A program made the translations under genes and the position numbers. This document shows positions 53,182 to 62,213 of a stretch of DNA of 64,000 nt, one piece after another. The first letter of the stretch is position 1. Every line of letters starts with the position of its first letter. A model generated the notes under the pieces. That model did not search any database, was not told the DNA's origin, and was given only the letters and a program-made list of their open reading frames with translations. The DNA lies in NCBI GenBank assembly GCA_041662205.1, contig JBAZSZ010000001.1, positions 17,973 through 81,972 of the forward strand, written 5' to 3'. The stretch is from Minisyncoccota bacterium (GTDB lineage Bacteria > Patescibacteriota > Minisyncoccia > Phycocordibacterales > UBA9973).

Positions 53182-53874
53182 ATGGGTTCAAACAACATTG
53201 ATTGGAAAAAATATTTAATTGTTTTATTTATTACGGTGGGGCTTTTTGTGACTGCCATTTACCTTAGTAATTATTTTGGTGATAAAAAAATCAATCAATT
53301 AAAAACAATTCAAGACAATATTGCCATTGATATACTTTCTTCTGAAACTCAATTTTCTTTGCTTTCTGAACTTTCTTGTAAAAGTATTTCTGACTCTGTA
53401 TTTTCAAGTGAGCTCGGAGAGCTTGGTAGCAAGCTAGAATGGAGTGAAAATAATCTAGGTTCCTCAGATGAGGTTACATATTTGAAGAAATATTATTCTT
53501 TACTTCAAATTAAGGATTATTTGTTAACAAAAAAGATTTCTTCTAAATGTAAAACAAAGTCTGCCTTTATCCTTTATTTTTACACTACTGCATCAAATTG
53601 TAGCTTGTGCGGGCAAGAGAGTATGGTACTTTCCACTCTTCGAGCAGAATATCCAGAACTTCGTGTATATTCTTTTGATTACAGTACTGATCTTTCAGCA
53701 GTTACCTCAATGCTTCAAATTTATAAAATAAAAGACACAGAGCTTCCAGCCTTGGTTATTGATGATGAAGTATTAACTGGTTTCCATAGTTTAACAGAAC
53801 TCGAAACTCGCGTTCAAGAATCTTTTAAACTTCAAGAACCAGCTACCCAAAAAGTTTCTATTCCTCAAAAATAA
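53182..53874 (+). CDS. hypothetical membrane-anchored protein with a CxxC motif (possible thioredoxin-like fold)
   Basis: N-terminal TM; FILYFYTTASNCSLCGQ ... LPALVIDDEVLTGF is reminiscent of a glutaredoxin/thioredoxin layout. No firm family. Confidence 0.4.
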   Translation: MGSNNIDWKKYLIVLFITVGLFVTAIYLSNYFGDKKINQLKTIQDNIAIDILSSETQFSLLSELSCKSISDSVFSSELGELGSKLEWSENNLGSSDEVTYLKKYYSLLQIKDYLLTKKISSKCKTKSAFILYFYTTASNCSLCGQESMVLSTLRAEYPELRVYSFDYSTDLSAVTSMLQIYKIKDTELPALVIDDEVLTGFHSLTELETRVQESFKLQEPATQKVSIPQK

Positions 53875-53886
53875 TTATTTAATTGC

Positions 53887-53900
53887 TGAGCCGCCTCTCG
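53887..53900. repeat. direct repeat of the tRNA-Thr 3' end (14 nt exact, about 25 nt degenerate) 36 nt beyond the tRNA
   Basis: TGAGCCGCCTCTCG at 53887-53900 is identical to 53923-53936, which corresponds to the discriminator, acceptor 3' strand and start of the T stem of the tRNA on the minus strand. Confidence 0.6.
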
Positions 53901-53924
53901 TTTTGAATCTATATTAACCTATTG

Positions 53925-53997
53925 AGCCGCCTCTCGGATTCGAACCGAGGACCTTCACTTTACAAAAGTGTTGCTCTACCAACTGAGCTAAGGCGGC
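53925..53997 (-). tRNA. tRNA-Thr (anticodon UGU)
   Basis: The reverse complement folds as GCCGCCT acceptor, GCTC-AGTTGGTA-GAGC D-arm, anticodon loop TTTGTAA, a 5-nt variable loop, and T-arm CTCGG-TTCGAAT-CCGAG. Length 73 nt; CCA is not encoded. Confidence 0.7.
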
Positions 53998-54020
53998 ATT
54001 ATTAATTTTTCGTTACATTT

Positions 54021-54434
54021 TTACAAATTCTCTTCCTCTTTTATTTTGTGCTTTATTTCTCTGATTTTGTTTTTATATTCTGAAATAACTTTTAAGAATT
54101 TAGGAACTTCTCGTTTTTCTTTTATTGTATTACCGTTATTTATTTTATTATGATATATATCTTTAATTTTAATTTTTATTTGCTCATATTTATTTTCTAT
54201 AAAATTAGAAGATTTAACATATAATCTGACTATCGTTACTAATCCGGTGTATCGATGTTTCTTGATTGTTTTGATGGCTGAATGTTTTAATTCTTCAAAA
54301 TATTGTTCTTTTAAGAAAGTTTCTATATTATCCTTATATGTTATCTGTCCATTTTGAAGCAGTAATAACTTTCTTCCAATCATAAAAGTTATTCCAAAAA
54401 GTGAGCTAAAAAACAAAATTAAAATAAAATACAT
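54021..54434 (-). CDS. hypothetical Lys-rich membrane-anchored protein
   Basis: N-terminal TM ILILFFSSLFGITFMIG. It lies downstream of tsf on the same strand. Confidence 0.4.
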   Translation of the reverse strand: MYFILILFFSSLFGITFMIGRKLLLLQNGQITYKDNIETFLKEQYFEELKHSAIKTIKKHRYTGLVTIVRLYVKSSNFIENKYEQIKIKIKDIYHNKINNGNTIKEKREVPKFLKVISEYKNKIREIKHKIKEEENL

Positions 54435-54441
54435 ATTTTTT

Positions 54442-55221
54442 TTAAATTGAATAAACTTTTACTTCCTTGATTTTTGCATTATTTTTTTCTAGCAATTTTC
54501 CCACAGTCATCTCTCCGTCTTTTATAAAAGTTTGATTAATTAAAGTTTTTTCTTTGAAAAAGGTTGTTATCTTTCCATCCAACATTTTTTTCTTTATTTC
54601 TTCAGGCTTATCGATATTTGCAACTTCTTTTTCAAAAATTTCCTGCATGGTTTTCCTTGTGTCGTCAGTTATTTCTGTTTCTGTCATATATTCTGGCTTC
54701 ATGGCGGTGATGTGCATAGCTATGTCTCTGGCGAGTTCTGGATTTCCTCCTTCTAGTGAAACGATAACGCCTGTTTTATTATTGTGTACATAAATTCCCA
54801 ACACATTTCCTACTACTTCATAGATATCACCTAATTGAATATTTTCTCCAGTTTTTTGAATAATGGGATCTATCATCTCTTTTGCTTCTGTTCTCATTTT
54901 TTCCACTCCTTCTTTTATAGCTTTGGTAGTAAGAGCTTCGAGCAGGGTAGCAAAGTCTTCATTTTTAGCAACGAAATCAGTCTCACAATGCAAGGATACC
55001 AAAATTGCTTTTTCTCCTTCTGTTTTGATTGAGACTCTGCCATCTTTTACTTCACGATTAATTTTTTTAAGAGCGATGTCAGAACTAGTCTTTTTTAAGA
55101 TAGCGATGGCTTTTTTCATATCACCGAGAGCCTCTTCGAGGGCGTGCTTGCATTGCATTACAGAAATACCCGTGGCGTCTCGGAGCTCTTTGATTTGCTC
55201 TGTAGTTATTTTAATAGACAT
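54442..55221 (-). CDS. tsf: elongation factor Ts
   Basis: UBA-like N-terminus ITTEQIKELRDATGISVMQCKHALEEALGDMKKAI. It follows rpsB. Confidence 0.85.
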   Translation of the reverse strand: MSIKITTEQIKELRDATGISVMQCKHALEEALGDMKKAIAILKKTSSDIALKKINREVKDGRVSIKTEGEKAILVSLHCETDFVAKNEDFATLLEALTTKAIKEGVEKMRTEAKEMIDPIIQKTGENIQLGDIYEVVGNVLGIYVHNNKTGVIVSLEGGNPELARDIAMHITAMKPEYMTETEITDDTRKTMQEIFEKEVANIDKPEEIKKKMLDGKITTFFKEKTLINQTFIKDGEMTVGKLLEKNNAKIKEVKVYSI

Positions 55222-55226
55222 ATTAT

Positions 55227-55946
55227 TTATGATTTTTCTATAGTAGATAGACCTTCTCTATAGGCATTGACAATAGCATTAGTAAAAAATTTAATAGAAG
55301 GTATCCCTGAATCGTTAGCAACAATGGGGTAATCAATCTCTTTTATATTTGAATCAGAATTTACCAAAGAAATTACTTTTATACCAGACTTTCTGGCTTC
55401 AGTGGCGGCTATGTGTTCACTTTTTGCGTCTATGATAAATAGAGCGTCTGGAGCTTTTTTTAACCCCAATAAGCCAGTGTAATATCTCGCTAATTTTTCC
55501 ATTTTTTTTGCCATTACCACTCGTTCTTTTTTAGTATATTTATCAAGTCCACCCCCGATACTGTCTTTTTGGTAAGTTTCCAATTCAGTGATTCTTTTTT
55601 TTATTTCTGTAAAATTTGAAAGAGTCCCACCGATCCATCTTTCTACGACATAAGGCATCTTGAGTGTTTCTGCAGCATCTTTTGTCGCAACTTTGGCTTC
55701 AGGTTTGGTGCCAACAAAAAGAATCACTTTATTTTTTGCTCCCAGATTTTTGATAAATTCTGTCGCTTCATCTAAAAGAGCGCTTGTTTTTTCAAGATTA
55801 ATTATGTCTCCCTTGTTTTTGGTAGTGTATATATACTTTGAGACAGAAGGATGTCTTCGGGTTTTACTGTAGCCATAATGTGCTCCAGCCTTGAACATTT
55901 TTTCTACTGCCGTATCTAATTCTTTCTTGTTTTCTACTTTTTGCAT
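55227..55946 (-). CDS. rpsB: 30S ribosomal protein S2
   Basis: MFKAGAHYGYSKTRRHPSVSKYIYTTKNKGDIINLEKT and the conserved core. Confidence 0.9.
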   Translation of the reverse strand: MQKVENKKELDTAVEKMFKAGAHYGYSKTRRHPSVSKYIYTTKNKGDIINLEKTSALLDEATEFIKNLGAKNKVILFVGTKPEAKVATKDAAETLKMPYVVERWIGGTLSNFTEIKKRITELETYQKDSIGGGLDKYTKKERVVMAKKMEKLARYYTGLLGLKKAPDALFIIDAKSEHIAATEARKSGIKVISLVNSDSNIKEIDYPIVANDSGIPSIKFFTNAIVNAYREGLSTIEKS

Positions 55947-55982
55947 AAGGACAATATAGCAGAAAGAATTAAGAAATACAAC

Positions 55983-56045
55983 CCCTCCTGACCTCCCCTT
56001 GTCAGGGGAGGAAAAAATTAAGGAGTTCCCCTGACAAGGGGGATT
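55983..56045 (-). promoter_or_regulatory. structured GC-rich 5' leader of rpsB-tsf (two hairpins with alternative pairing)
   Basis: CCTCCCC-ttgtca-GGGGAGG (55992-56011) and CCCC-tgacaa-GGGG (56028-56041). An upstream CCCCTCCTGAC can alternatively pair with GTCAGGGGAGG. Confidence 0.45.
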
Positions 56046-56106
56046 TAGGGGGTTGAATGTATTCTTTTGCTAAAAGAACTTTTTTCGGGTAAGATGTCTA
56101 TTATAT

Positions 56107-57381
56107 ATGAGACAATCTAAACTTTTTACAAAAACAAGGAAGGAGGCTCCAGCAGACGAAGTATCAAAAAATGCAGAGCTCCTAATCCGTGCTGGGTTTG
56201 TTTATAAAGAGATGGCTGGGGTTTATAGCTATTTACCACTTGGGTTAAGAGTGTTGCAAAAAATTGAAAATATAATTCGTGAAGAAATGAATGTGATCGG
56301 TGGAATAGAGATGCGAACCTCTGTTTTTCAAAACAAAGAAGTTTGGGAAAAATCTAACAGATGGGATGATAAAATCGTAGATAATTGGTTTAAAACAGAA
56401 TTAAAAAATGGGGGAGAGATCGGTTTGTCTTTTACTAATGAAGAAGCCCACTCAAATATTTTAAGGCAGTATATAAATTCTTATAAAGATTTACCAATTT
56501 ATCCATATGATTTCAAAAATATTTTTAGAAATGAGACAAGAAGTAAATCTGGAATTTTAAGAGGAAGAGAGTTTCACTGGAAAGCTCTTTATTCTTTTTC
56601 AAAAGATGAGGCAGAGCACAATGAATTTTATGAAAAATCAAAAGCTGCTTATAAAAATATTTTCCAGAGGGTTGGTATTGGACATCTGACTTATATCACT
56701 TTTGCTTCTGGGGGAACTTTTTCAAAATTTTCGCATGAGTTTCAGGCTTTATCTGGATCTGGTGAAGATACTATTTATGTAAATGAAAGCAAAAACATAG
56801 CTGTTAACAAAGAAGTTTACACTGACAAAGTGTTAGAATCTTTGGGATTTAAAAAGGAGGATTTAATAGAAAAAAGAGCAATAGAGGTTGGAAATATTTT
56901 TTCACTTGGAACAAAATTTTCTGCTCCTTTTGATTTAAAATATAAGAATGAAAATGGAGAGGAAAAATTAGTGATAATGGGTAGTTATGGTATTGGGCTT
57001 AGTAGATTAATGGGGACAGTAGTAGAAATTCTTTCTGATGATAAAGGAATAGTTTGGCCGGAATCTATCGCGCCATTTAATGTGCATCTTCTTGTTTTGG
57101 GAGAGGATGAGATAGTTTTAAAAGAAGCTGAGAAAGTTTATAAAAGCCTAGAAAAAGCAGGAGTTGAAGTTTTATTTGATGATCGTATGAGTGTGTCAGC
57201 TGGAGAGAAATTTTCTGATGCGGATTTGCTTGGTATGCCTTGGCGTGCAGTCGTTTCAGCTCGAAGTATGAAAGATTTATCTTCTGGAGGCATAGAATTA
57301 AAAAAACGTACTGAAGAAAAAGGGAAAATTGTAACGCTTGATGAATTAATAAAATTATGTTCGACAAATTCTACAAATTAA
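56107..57381 (+). CDS. proS: proline--tRNA ligase, bacterial-type core without the INS editing domain
   Basis: MRQSKLFTKTRKEAPADEVSKNAELLIRAGF start, class II motifs, and a C-terminal anticodon-binding domain. 424 aa against about 570 with the INS domain. Confidence 0.8.
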   Translation: MRQSKLFTKTRKEAPADEVSKNAELLIRAGFVYKEMAGVYSYLPLGLRVLQKIENIIREEMNVIGGIEMRTSVFQNKEVWEKSNRWDDKIVDNWFKTELKNGGEIGLSFTNEEAHSNILRQYINSYKDLPIYPYDFKNIFRNETRSKSGILRGREFHWKALYSFSKDEAEHNEFYEKSKAAYKNIFQRVGIGHLTYITFASGGTFSKFSHEFQALSGSGEDTIYVNESKNIAVNKEVYTDKVLESLGFKKEDLIEKRAIEVGNIFSLGTKFSAPFDLKYKNENGEEKLVIMGSYGIGLSRLMGTVVEILSDDKGIVWPESIAPFNVHLLVLGEDEIVLKEAEKVYKSLEKAGVEVLFDDRMSVSAGEKFSDADLLGMPWRAVVSARSMKDLSSGGIELKKRTEEKGKIVTLDELIKLCSTNSTN

Positions 57382-58403
57382 TTTCAAATGATATCGGGAT
57401 AGACCTAGGTACTTCTAATACTTTGGTATATTTGAAAGGTCATGGAATTGTAATTAATGAGCCGTCTGTCGTAGCTGTAAATATTAAGACGAATCAAATT
57501 TTGGCGGTGGGCACACAAGCCAAAGAAATGCTCGGACGTACCCCTGGACACATCAAAGCTATTCGTCCGCTTGTTGATGGTGTTATTTCCGATTTTGAAG
57601 TTACTGAAGAAATGCTTTCTTATTTAATAAACAAAGCGGATAAAATATCTAAAAAATTAGCGCGACCGAGAGTCTTGGTAGGTGTTCCATCTGGTACGAC
57701 CAACGTGGAGACGCGAGCTGTATATGATGCTGCTAGGAGCGCTGGAGCGAGAGAAGTTTTTTTAGTAGAAGAGCCGATGGCAGCTGCTATTGGGATAAGG
57801 CTTCCTATTAAAGAACCAGTCGGCTCGATGATTATAGATATCGGTGGCGGTACGACGGATATCGCTGTTATTTCTTTGGGAGGAATCGTAAAGTCAAAGA
57901 ATTTAAAAATTGCTGGTGACCGATTGAATAATGATATTATTTCTTATATGCGAGATGAATTTAAAATTTTAATTGGAGAGCGTACTGCTGAGATGGTAAA
58001 AATTGCCATTGGCTCCGTAATACCAGGAGAATATATGGAAACAGAAGTTCACGGGCGAGATCTTCTGACTGGGCTTCCTCGTGAAGTGGTGGTTACGGAT
58101 TCTGATATTCGTGAAGCAATTTCTTTATCAATAAAGGGTTTAGTAGAGGGTGTAAAAGACATGTTGGAATCAACTCCGCCGGAGATTTTGTCAGACATAA
58201 TGCACCGCGGAATTACTCTTTCGGGCGGAGGAGCTTTACTCCCTGGACTCAATCAACTTTTGCAAAAAGTTCTAAAAATTCCAGTTTATGTTGTAGAAGA
58301 TCCGCTTTCAGCCGTGGCTCGAGGAACAGGAGTTATTTTAGATAATCTTCCGTTTTATAAAGATGTTTTGATCGGGAATCAAGATGAGCTACCTCCTAGA
58401 TAA
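57357..58403 (+). CDS. mreB: rod-shape determining actin homologue MreB
   Basis: IGIDLGTSNTLVYL phosphate-1 motif and DIGGGTTDIAV phosphate-2 motif. Confidence 0.9.
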   Translation: MFDKFYKLISNDIGIDLGTSNTLVYLKGHGIVINEPSVVAVNIKTNQILAVGTQAKEMLGRTPGHIKAIRPLVDGVISDFEVTEEMLSYLINKADKISKKLARPRVLVGVPSGTTNVETRAVYDAARSAGAREVFLVEEPMAAAIGIRLPIKEPVGSMIIDIGGGTTDIAVISLGGIVKSKNLKIAGDRLNNDIISYMRDEFKILIGERTAEMVKIAIGSVIPGEYMETEVHGRDLLTGLPREVVVTDSDIREAISLSIKGLVEGVKDMLESTPPEILSDIMHRGITLSGGGALLPGLNQLLQKVLKIPVYVVEDPLSAVARGTGVILDNLPFYKDVLIGNQDELPPR

Positions 58404-59175
58404 AAAAATACAAAGAAACAGGATTATTAAAATTACCTTAGGTGTTATTTTTTTAATTATTTTATTTTATTTTAGATCCGGTATTTTTAATGGACTTTCT
58501 TCTGTCAGCCAAGGATTTTTTCGCCCTGTTTTTATTGTAGGGAAGAATATTGGTGAAAAATTTGGAAGCCTGGGTGCATATTTTTATTTTAAAAATTCTC
58601 TTTCTTTAGAAAACCAAAATCTCAAAACTCAGATATCTGAAAGTGCGGCGGATCGCGCTAATTATTTTTCAGTTGTTGATGAAAATAATAAATTAAAGGA
58701 AATTTTAGGTAGAAAAAATGAAAAAGTAAGAATGGTATTAGCAGTAATTTTAACGAAGCCGAATCAGAGTGTTTATGATACTTTGATTATTGATGCAGGC
58801 ACAGCACAAGGAATTAAAATAGGCAATAAAGTTTTTGCCTATGGGAATATGCCGATTGGGCGAGTGGATTTAGTTTATGATAGTTCCTCTAGGGTGATTT
58901 TGTTTTCAAATGCAGGGGAAAAAACTCAGGGGGTTATTGCAGGAAAAGATATTTTTATGGAATTAGTAGGACGAGGTGGATGCAATTTTGAAATTATTTT
59001 ACCTAGAGATTTTGTTTTACAAAAAGGGGATCAGGTGATAATGCCGGGCATTAATCCATATGTTTTAGCAGTTGTGGAAACAATAATTTCTGACCCTCGA
59101 GATCCTTTCATAAAAGCATTGCTTTCGAGTCCTGTGAATATTCAAGAGTTAAAATTTGTGGAAGTGGAGTTGTAG
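58384..59175 (+). CDS. mreC: rod-shape determining protein MreC
   Basis: N-terminal TM, coiled coil LENQNLKTQISE, and a beta-rich C-terminal domain. It lies immediately after mreB with a 20-nt overlap. Confidence 0.7.
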   Translation: MSYLLDKKIQRNRIIKITLGVIFLIILFYFRSGIFNGLSSVSQGFFRPVFIVGKNIGEKFGSLGAYFYFKNSLSLENQNLKTQISESAADRANYFSVVDENNKLKEILGRKNEKVRMVLAVILTKPNQSVYDTLIIDAGTAQGIKIGNKVFAYGNMPIGRVDLVYDSSSRVILFSNAGEKTQGVIAGKDIFMELVGRGGCNFEIILPRDFVLQKGDQVIMPGINPYVLAVVETIISDPRDPFIKALLSSPVNIQELKFVEVEL

Positions 59176-59176
59176 A

Positions 59177-59225
59177 AGCGTTGCGCTCAATCGACTTACA
59201 CGACGTGATTTCGCAAAATCAAATG
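59177..59225 (+). promoter_or_regulatory. copy B of the conserved start-codon-abutting module (upstream of tgt)
   Basis: gcgttGCGCtcaatcGACttaCACGACgTGATTTcgcaAAATCAaATG. Confidence 0.5.
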
Positions 59226-60497
59226 CAATTTAAAATAGAAAAAAAACTAAAGAATAGCTTAGGACGGGTGGGGGTTTTGACGACTCCACATGGAGATATT
59301 TTGACTCCGGCTTTTGTGGCGGTGGGGACCAAGGCCACTGTGAAATCCTTAAATCCAGAACAGGTGAAGGAAGCTGGTACCCAAGTAGTACTCGGAAATA
59401 CTTATCATTTATATTTACAGCCGGGGGATGAAATAGTACGAGATGCTGGTGGAATAGGGAAGTTTATGAATTGGCAAGGGCCGACGATGACTGACTCTGG
59501 CGGTTTCCAAGTATTCTCTCTTGGTGTCGCATATGGAAAAGATATCTCAAAACTTTTAAAAATTACTGATCCATCACTTTTAATTCCTGAACGTTTTGAT
59601 GATAGTGATGCACCACGTTTGGCGAAAATCGGACAAGATGGTGTTTCTTTCAAGTCTCATCTCGATGGCTCTATTCATTACATTACTCCAGAGAAATCAA
59701 TTCAGATTCAGCACAATTTAGGCGCGGATATAATTTTTGCTTTTGATGAATGCACTAGTCCGACAGAGGATTTAAAATATCAAGAAGAAGCGCTTGAGCG
59801 GACGCATCGCTGGGCGGAGAGGAGTTTGAAAGAGCATCAAAAATTGGAAAATCAGAAACAAGCTCGTTCTCAGGTCCTCGGTTCTCCGGGTCCCCAACCC
59901 CGGCCAGACCATTCACCCGAGCTTGTTTCTGATTTTCCCCAGGCTTTGTTTGGTATTGTGCAAGGTGGGCGAGATGAAAATTTACGCAAGCAATCTGCAA
60001 AATTTATTAGTAGTTTAGATTTTGATGGCTTCGGTATTGGTGGGAGTTTTGCCAAAGAGGACATGTCTACCGCGGTAAAATGGGTCAATGAAATACTGCC
60101 TGAAGAAAAACCCCGTCACTTACTCGGTATAGGCGAACCAGAAGATCTTTTTATGGGAATTGAAAATGGAGTAGATCTTTTTGATTGCGTTGCTCCGACG
60201 CGTCTTGGTAGAAATGGAACAATTTATACAAAAAAAGGAAAAATAATTATTATGAATACGAGATATAGGAATGATTTTTTGCCCATTGAAAAAGATTGTG
60301 AATGTTATACCTGCAAAAATTACACTAGGGCATACATTGCTCACCTTTTTCACGGCAAAGAAATGCTCGCCGGCACCTTGGCCTCGACTCACAATTTGTA
60401 CTTTATAGTCAACTTGGTTAAAAAAATTCGGCAATCAATTCTAGATAACAAATTTTTTGAGTTTAAGGAAGAATTTCTAAAAGAATATTTGAATTAA
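59223..60497 (+). CDS. tgt: queuine tRNA-ribosyltransferase
   Basis: LTTPHGDILTPAFVAVGT, catalytic MTDSGGFQVFS, and Zn site CECYTCKNYTRAYIAHLF. The start is taken at the ATG abutting the module, and the track ORF starts 42 nt earlier at a TTG. The gene carries a 40-45-aa GC-rich in-frame insertion. Confidence 0.85.
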   Translation: MQFKIEKKLKNSLGRVGVLTTPHGDILTPAFVAVGTKATVKSLNPEQVKEAGTQVVLGNTYHLYLQPGDEIVRDAGGIGKFMNWQGPTMTDSGGFQVFSLGVAYGKDISKLLKITDPSLLIPERFDDSDAPRLAKIGQDGVSFKSHLDGSIHYITPEKSIQIQHNLGADIIFAFDECTSPTEDLKYQEEALERTHRWAERSLKEHQKLENQKQARSQVLGSPGPQPRPDHSPELVSDFPQALFGIVQGGRDENLRKQSAKFISSLDFDGFGIGGSFAKEDMSTAVKWVNEILPEEKPRHLLGIGEPEDLFMGIENGVDLFDCVAPTRLGRNGTIYTKKGKIIIMNTRYRNDFLPIEKDCECYTCKNYTRAYIAHLFHGKEMLAGTLASTHNLYFIVNLVKKIRQSILDNKFFEFKEEFLKEYLN

Positions 60498-60523
60498 CCC
60501 TTCATTATTGATACAATATAAGT

Positions 60524-60576
60524 GTCGCCACGCCTTAATTGACTTACGCGGGATGATTTAGCTGAATCAATTTATG
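60524..60576 (+). promoter_or_regulatory. copy C of the conserved start-codon-abutting module (upstream of the dockerin protein gene)
   Basis: gtcgccaCGCCttaattGACttaCGCGggaTGATTTagctgAATCAatttATG. Confidence 0.5.
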
Positions 60577-61605
60577 TTGAATAATCCAGTTAGGGGAAAG
60601 TTGTTTATTTTAGGAATTTTTATTTCTATAATTTTTTTCGCGTCTCATATTTTAGCTTCAGAAAATGATGGAACAATTTCTTCTAGTTCTCAATATGCTT
60701 TTGGGGAGAATTTAGGTTGGATTAATTTTAGTTGCGATAATTGCAATGTTCATATTACAGATACTGGATTGAGTGGATATGCTTGGAGTTCTCAATATGG
60801 ATGGATAAATTTATCTCCGAGTGGAGGCGGAGTAACAAATAACTGTGCAGGTGAATTGGGTGGCAAAGCTTGGTCAAAATCATTAGGCTGGGTAGATTTT
60901 TCTGGGGCAGTAATTAATGCCGCTGGAAAATTTATCGGAATGGCAGGTACTCCTGGGACCAAAGCAGGGAGAATTAATTTTAGTTGTGATAATTGTGATG
61001 TTTCTACCGATTGGCTTCAATGCGCTCTACGGGAATCCCCAGCTCAGGTATTAATAAATTCAATTACTGATAATATTATTGCTTCAATTTCTGCAAATAT
61101 AAATATAACCAATGAAGGATCTGTCGATACTGAATATCAATATGAATGGTGTGTGGTTTCTGACATAGATAATTCTTGTGGCGGTGGGGATGATGTTTTT
61201 TATTCTTCTGCGGCCAAACTTCTCACAGTTGGACAAAGTTGGACGACAGACAAAATTGCCACAGTGCCAAGCATCGGAACTTATTATTTTAAAATTGTTG
61301 TTTATTATGGAATAAATTATTCTGTTGCCTCGCAAGTATTTACTGCTGTCTCTGACGGTGGACCTGGAGGTGGTAGCGGAGGGGGTGGAGAAACAATAAT
61401 ATTTTCAACAAATAACACTCATTACGATACAGCTGATTTTAACATTGATCATGTAGTAGATTCAGTTGATTTTTCTATTTTGTTATTTTTTTGGAAAAAG
61501 GAATCTCCATTTAGCAATATTTATGTAGATATTAATAAAGATGGAAACGTCAATTCAGTTGATTTTTCTATTATGCTTTCAGAGTGGGGCAAAAGAAGCG
61601 TATGA
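60574..61605 (+). CDS. secreted repeat protein with a C-terminal dockerin-like double Ca-binding module
   Basis: Signal/TM FILGIFISIIFFASHILA; four GWINFSCDNC/YGWINLS-type repeats; a Gly-rich linker; two dockerin-like segments ADFNIDHVVDSVDFSILLFFW and DINKDGNVNSVDFSIMLSEW. Confidence 0.7.
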   Translation: MLNNPVRGKLFILGIFISIIFFASHILASENDGTISSSSQYAFGENLGWINFSCDNCNVHITDTGLSGYAWSSQYGWINLSPSGGGVTNNCAGELGGKAWSKSLGWVDFSGAVINAAGKFIGMAGTPGTKAGRINFSCDNCDVSTDWLQCALRESPAQVLINSITDNIIASISANINITNEGSVDTEYQYEWCVVSDIDNSCGGGDDVFYSSAAKLLTVGQSWTTDKIATVPSIGTYYFKIVVYYGINYSVASQVFTAVSDGGPGGGSGGGGETIIFSTNNTHYDTADFNIDHVVDSVDFSILLFFWKKESPFSNIYVDINKDGNVNSVDFSIMLSEWGKRSV

Positions 61606-62213
61606 TAAAAAAAATAAACAAAAGAATAGAAACCTTATTTGTAATACTTATGTCTTTTTTATTTTTCTTTTTATTTGCGTCATTTTCTTGTGCTACTACT
61701 GAAATTTATTTTCAAAAAGATTTAAAAGAAATAACAAAGGGTGACACATTCTTAATAGATTTGAAAATATCTTCGACGAAAGAAATAAACGTCATAGACG
61801 GAACCATCATCTACGATAAAGATAAATTAGCAATAAAAGAAGTAACAACAAACAATTCGTTACTTTCTCTTTGGGTTAAAGAACCAGCTTTTAACAATGA
61901 AACAGGAGAATTGAGTTTTACTGGAGGATCACCAGAAGGTTTCCATAATAGAGATGGTCAGATTTTAAGAATTACCTTTTTGGCCAAACAAGCAGGTTCT
62001 GCCTTTATTGGTTTTAAAGATATTTTTTCTATTTTTATCAATGATGGGAAAGGAACCAAAATAAATCCATGGTTCAAACCACTGTCCTTATTTATTAATA
62101 AGAAAGTAAATCATTTTCTCAAATATATAGAAGTGTTGATATTCATTTTCATTATTTTCTTTATAGCATTTAGATTATTTTTAAAGTTTCGAAATAAAAA
62201 AAATGAAAAATAA
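61584..62213 (+). CDS. membrane-anchored cohesin-domain protein
   Basis: N-terminal TM/signal; cohesin-like beta-sandwich pattern KGDTFLIDLKISS...IIYDKDKLAIKEV...LWVKEPAF...GQILRITFLAKQAG; C-terminal TM VLIFIFIIFFIAF. Confidence 0.6.
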   Translation: MGQKKRMIKKINKRIETLFVILMSFLFFFLFASFSCATTEIYFQKDLKEITKGDTFLIDLKISSTKEINVIDGTIIYDKDKLAIKEVTTNNSLLSLWVKEPAFNNETGELSFTGGSPEGFHNRDGQILRITFLAKQAGSAFIGFKDIFSIFINDGKGTKINPWFKPLSLFINKKVNHFLKYIEVLIFIFIIFFIAFRLFLKFRNKKNEK

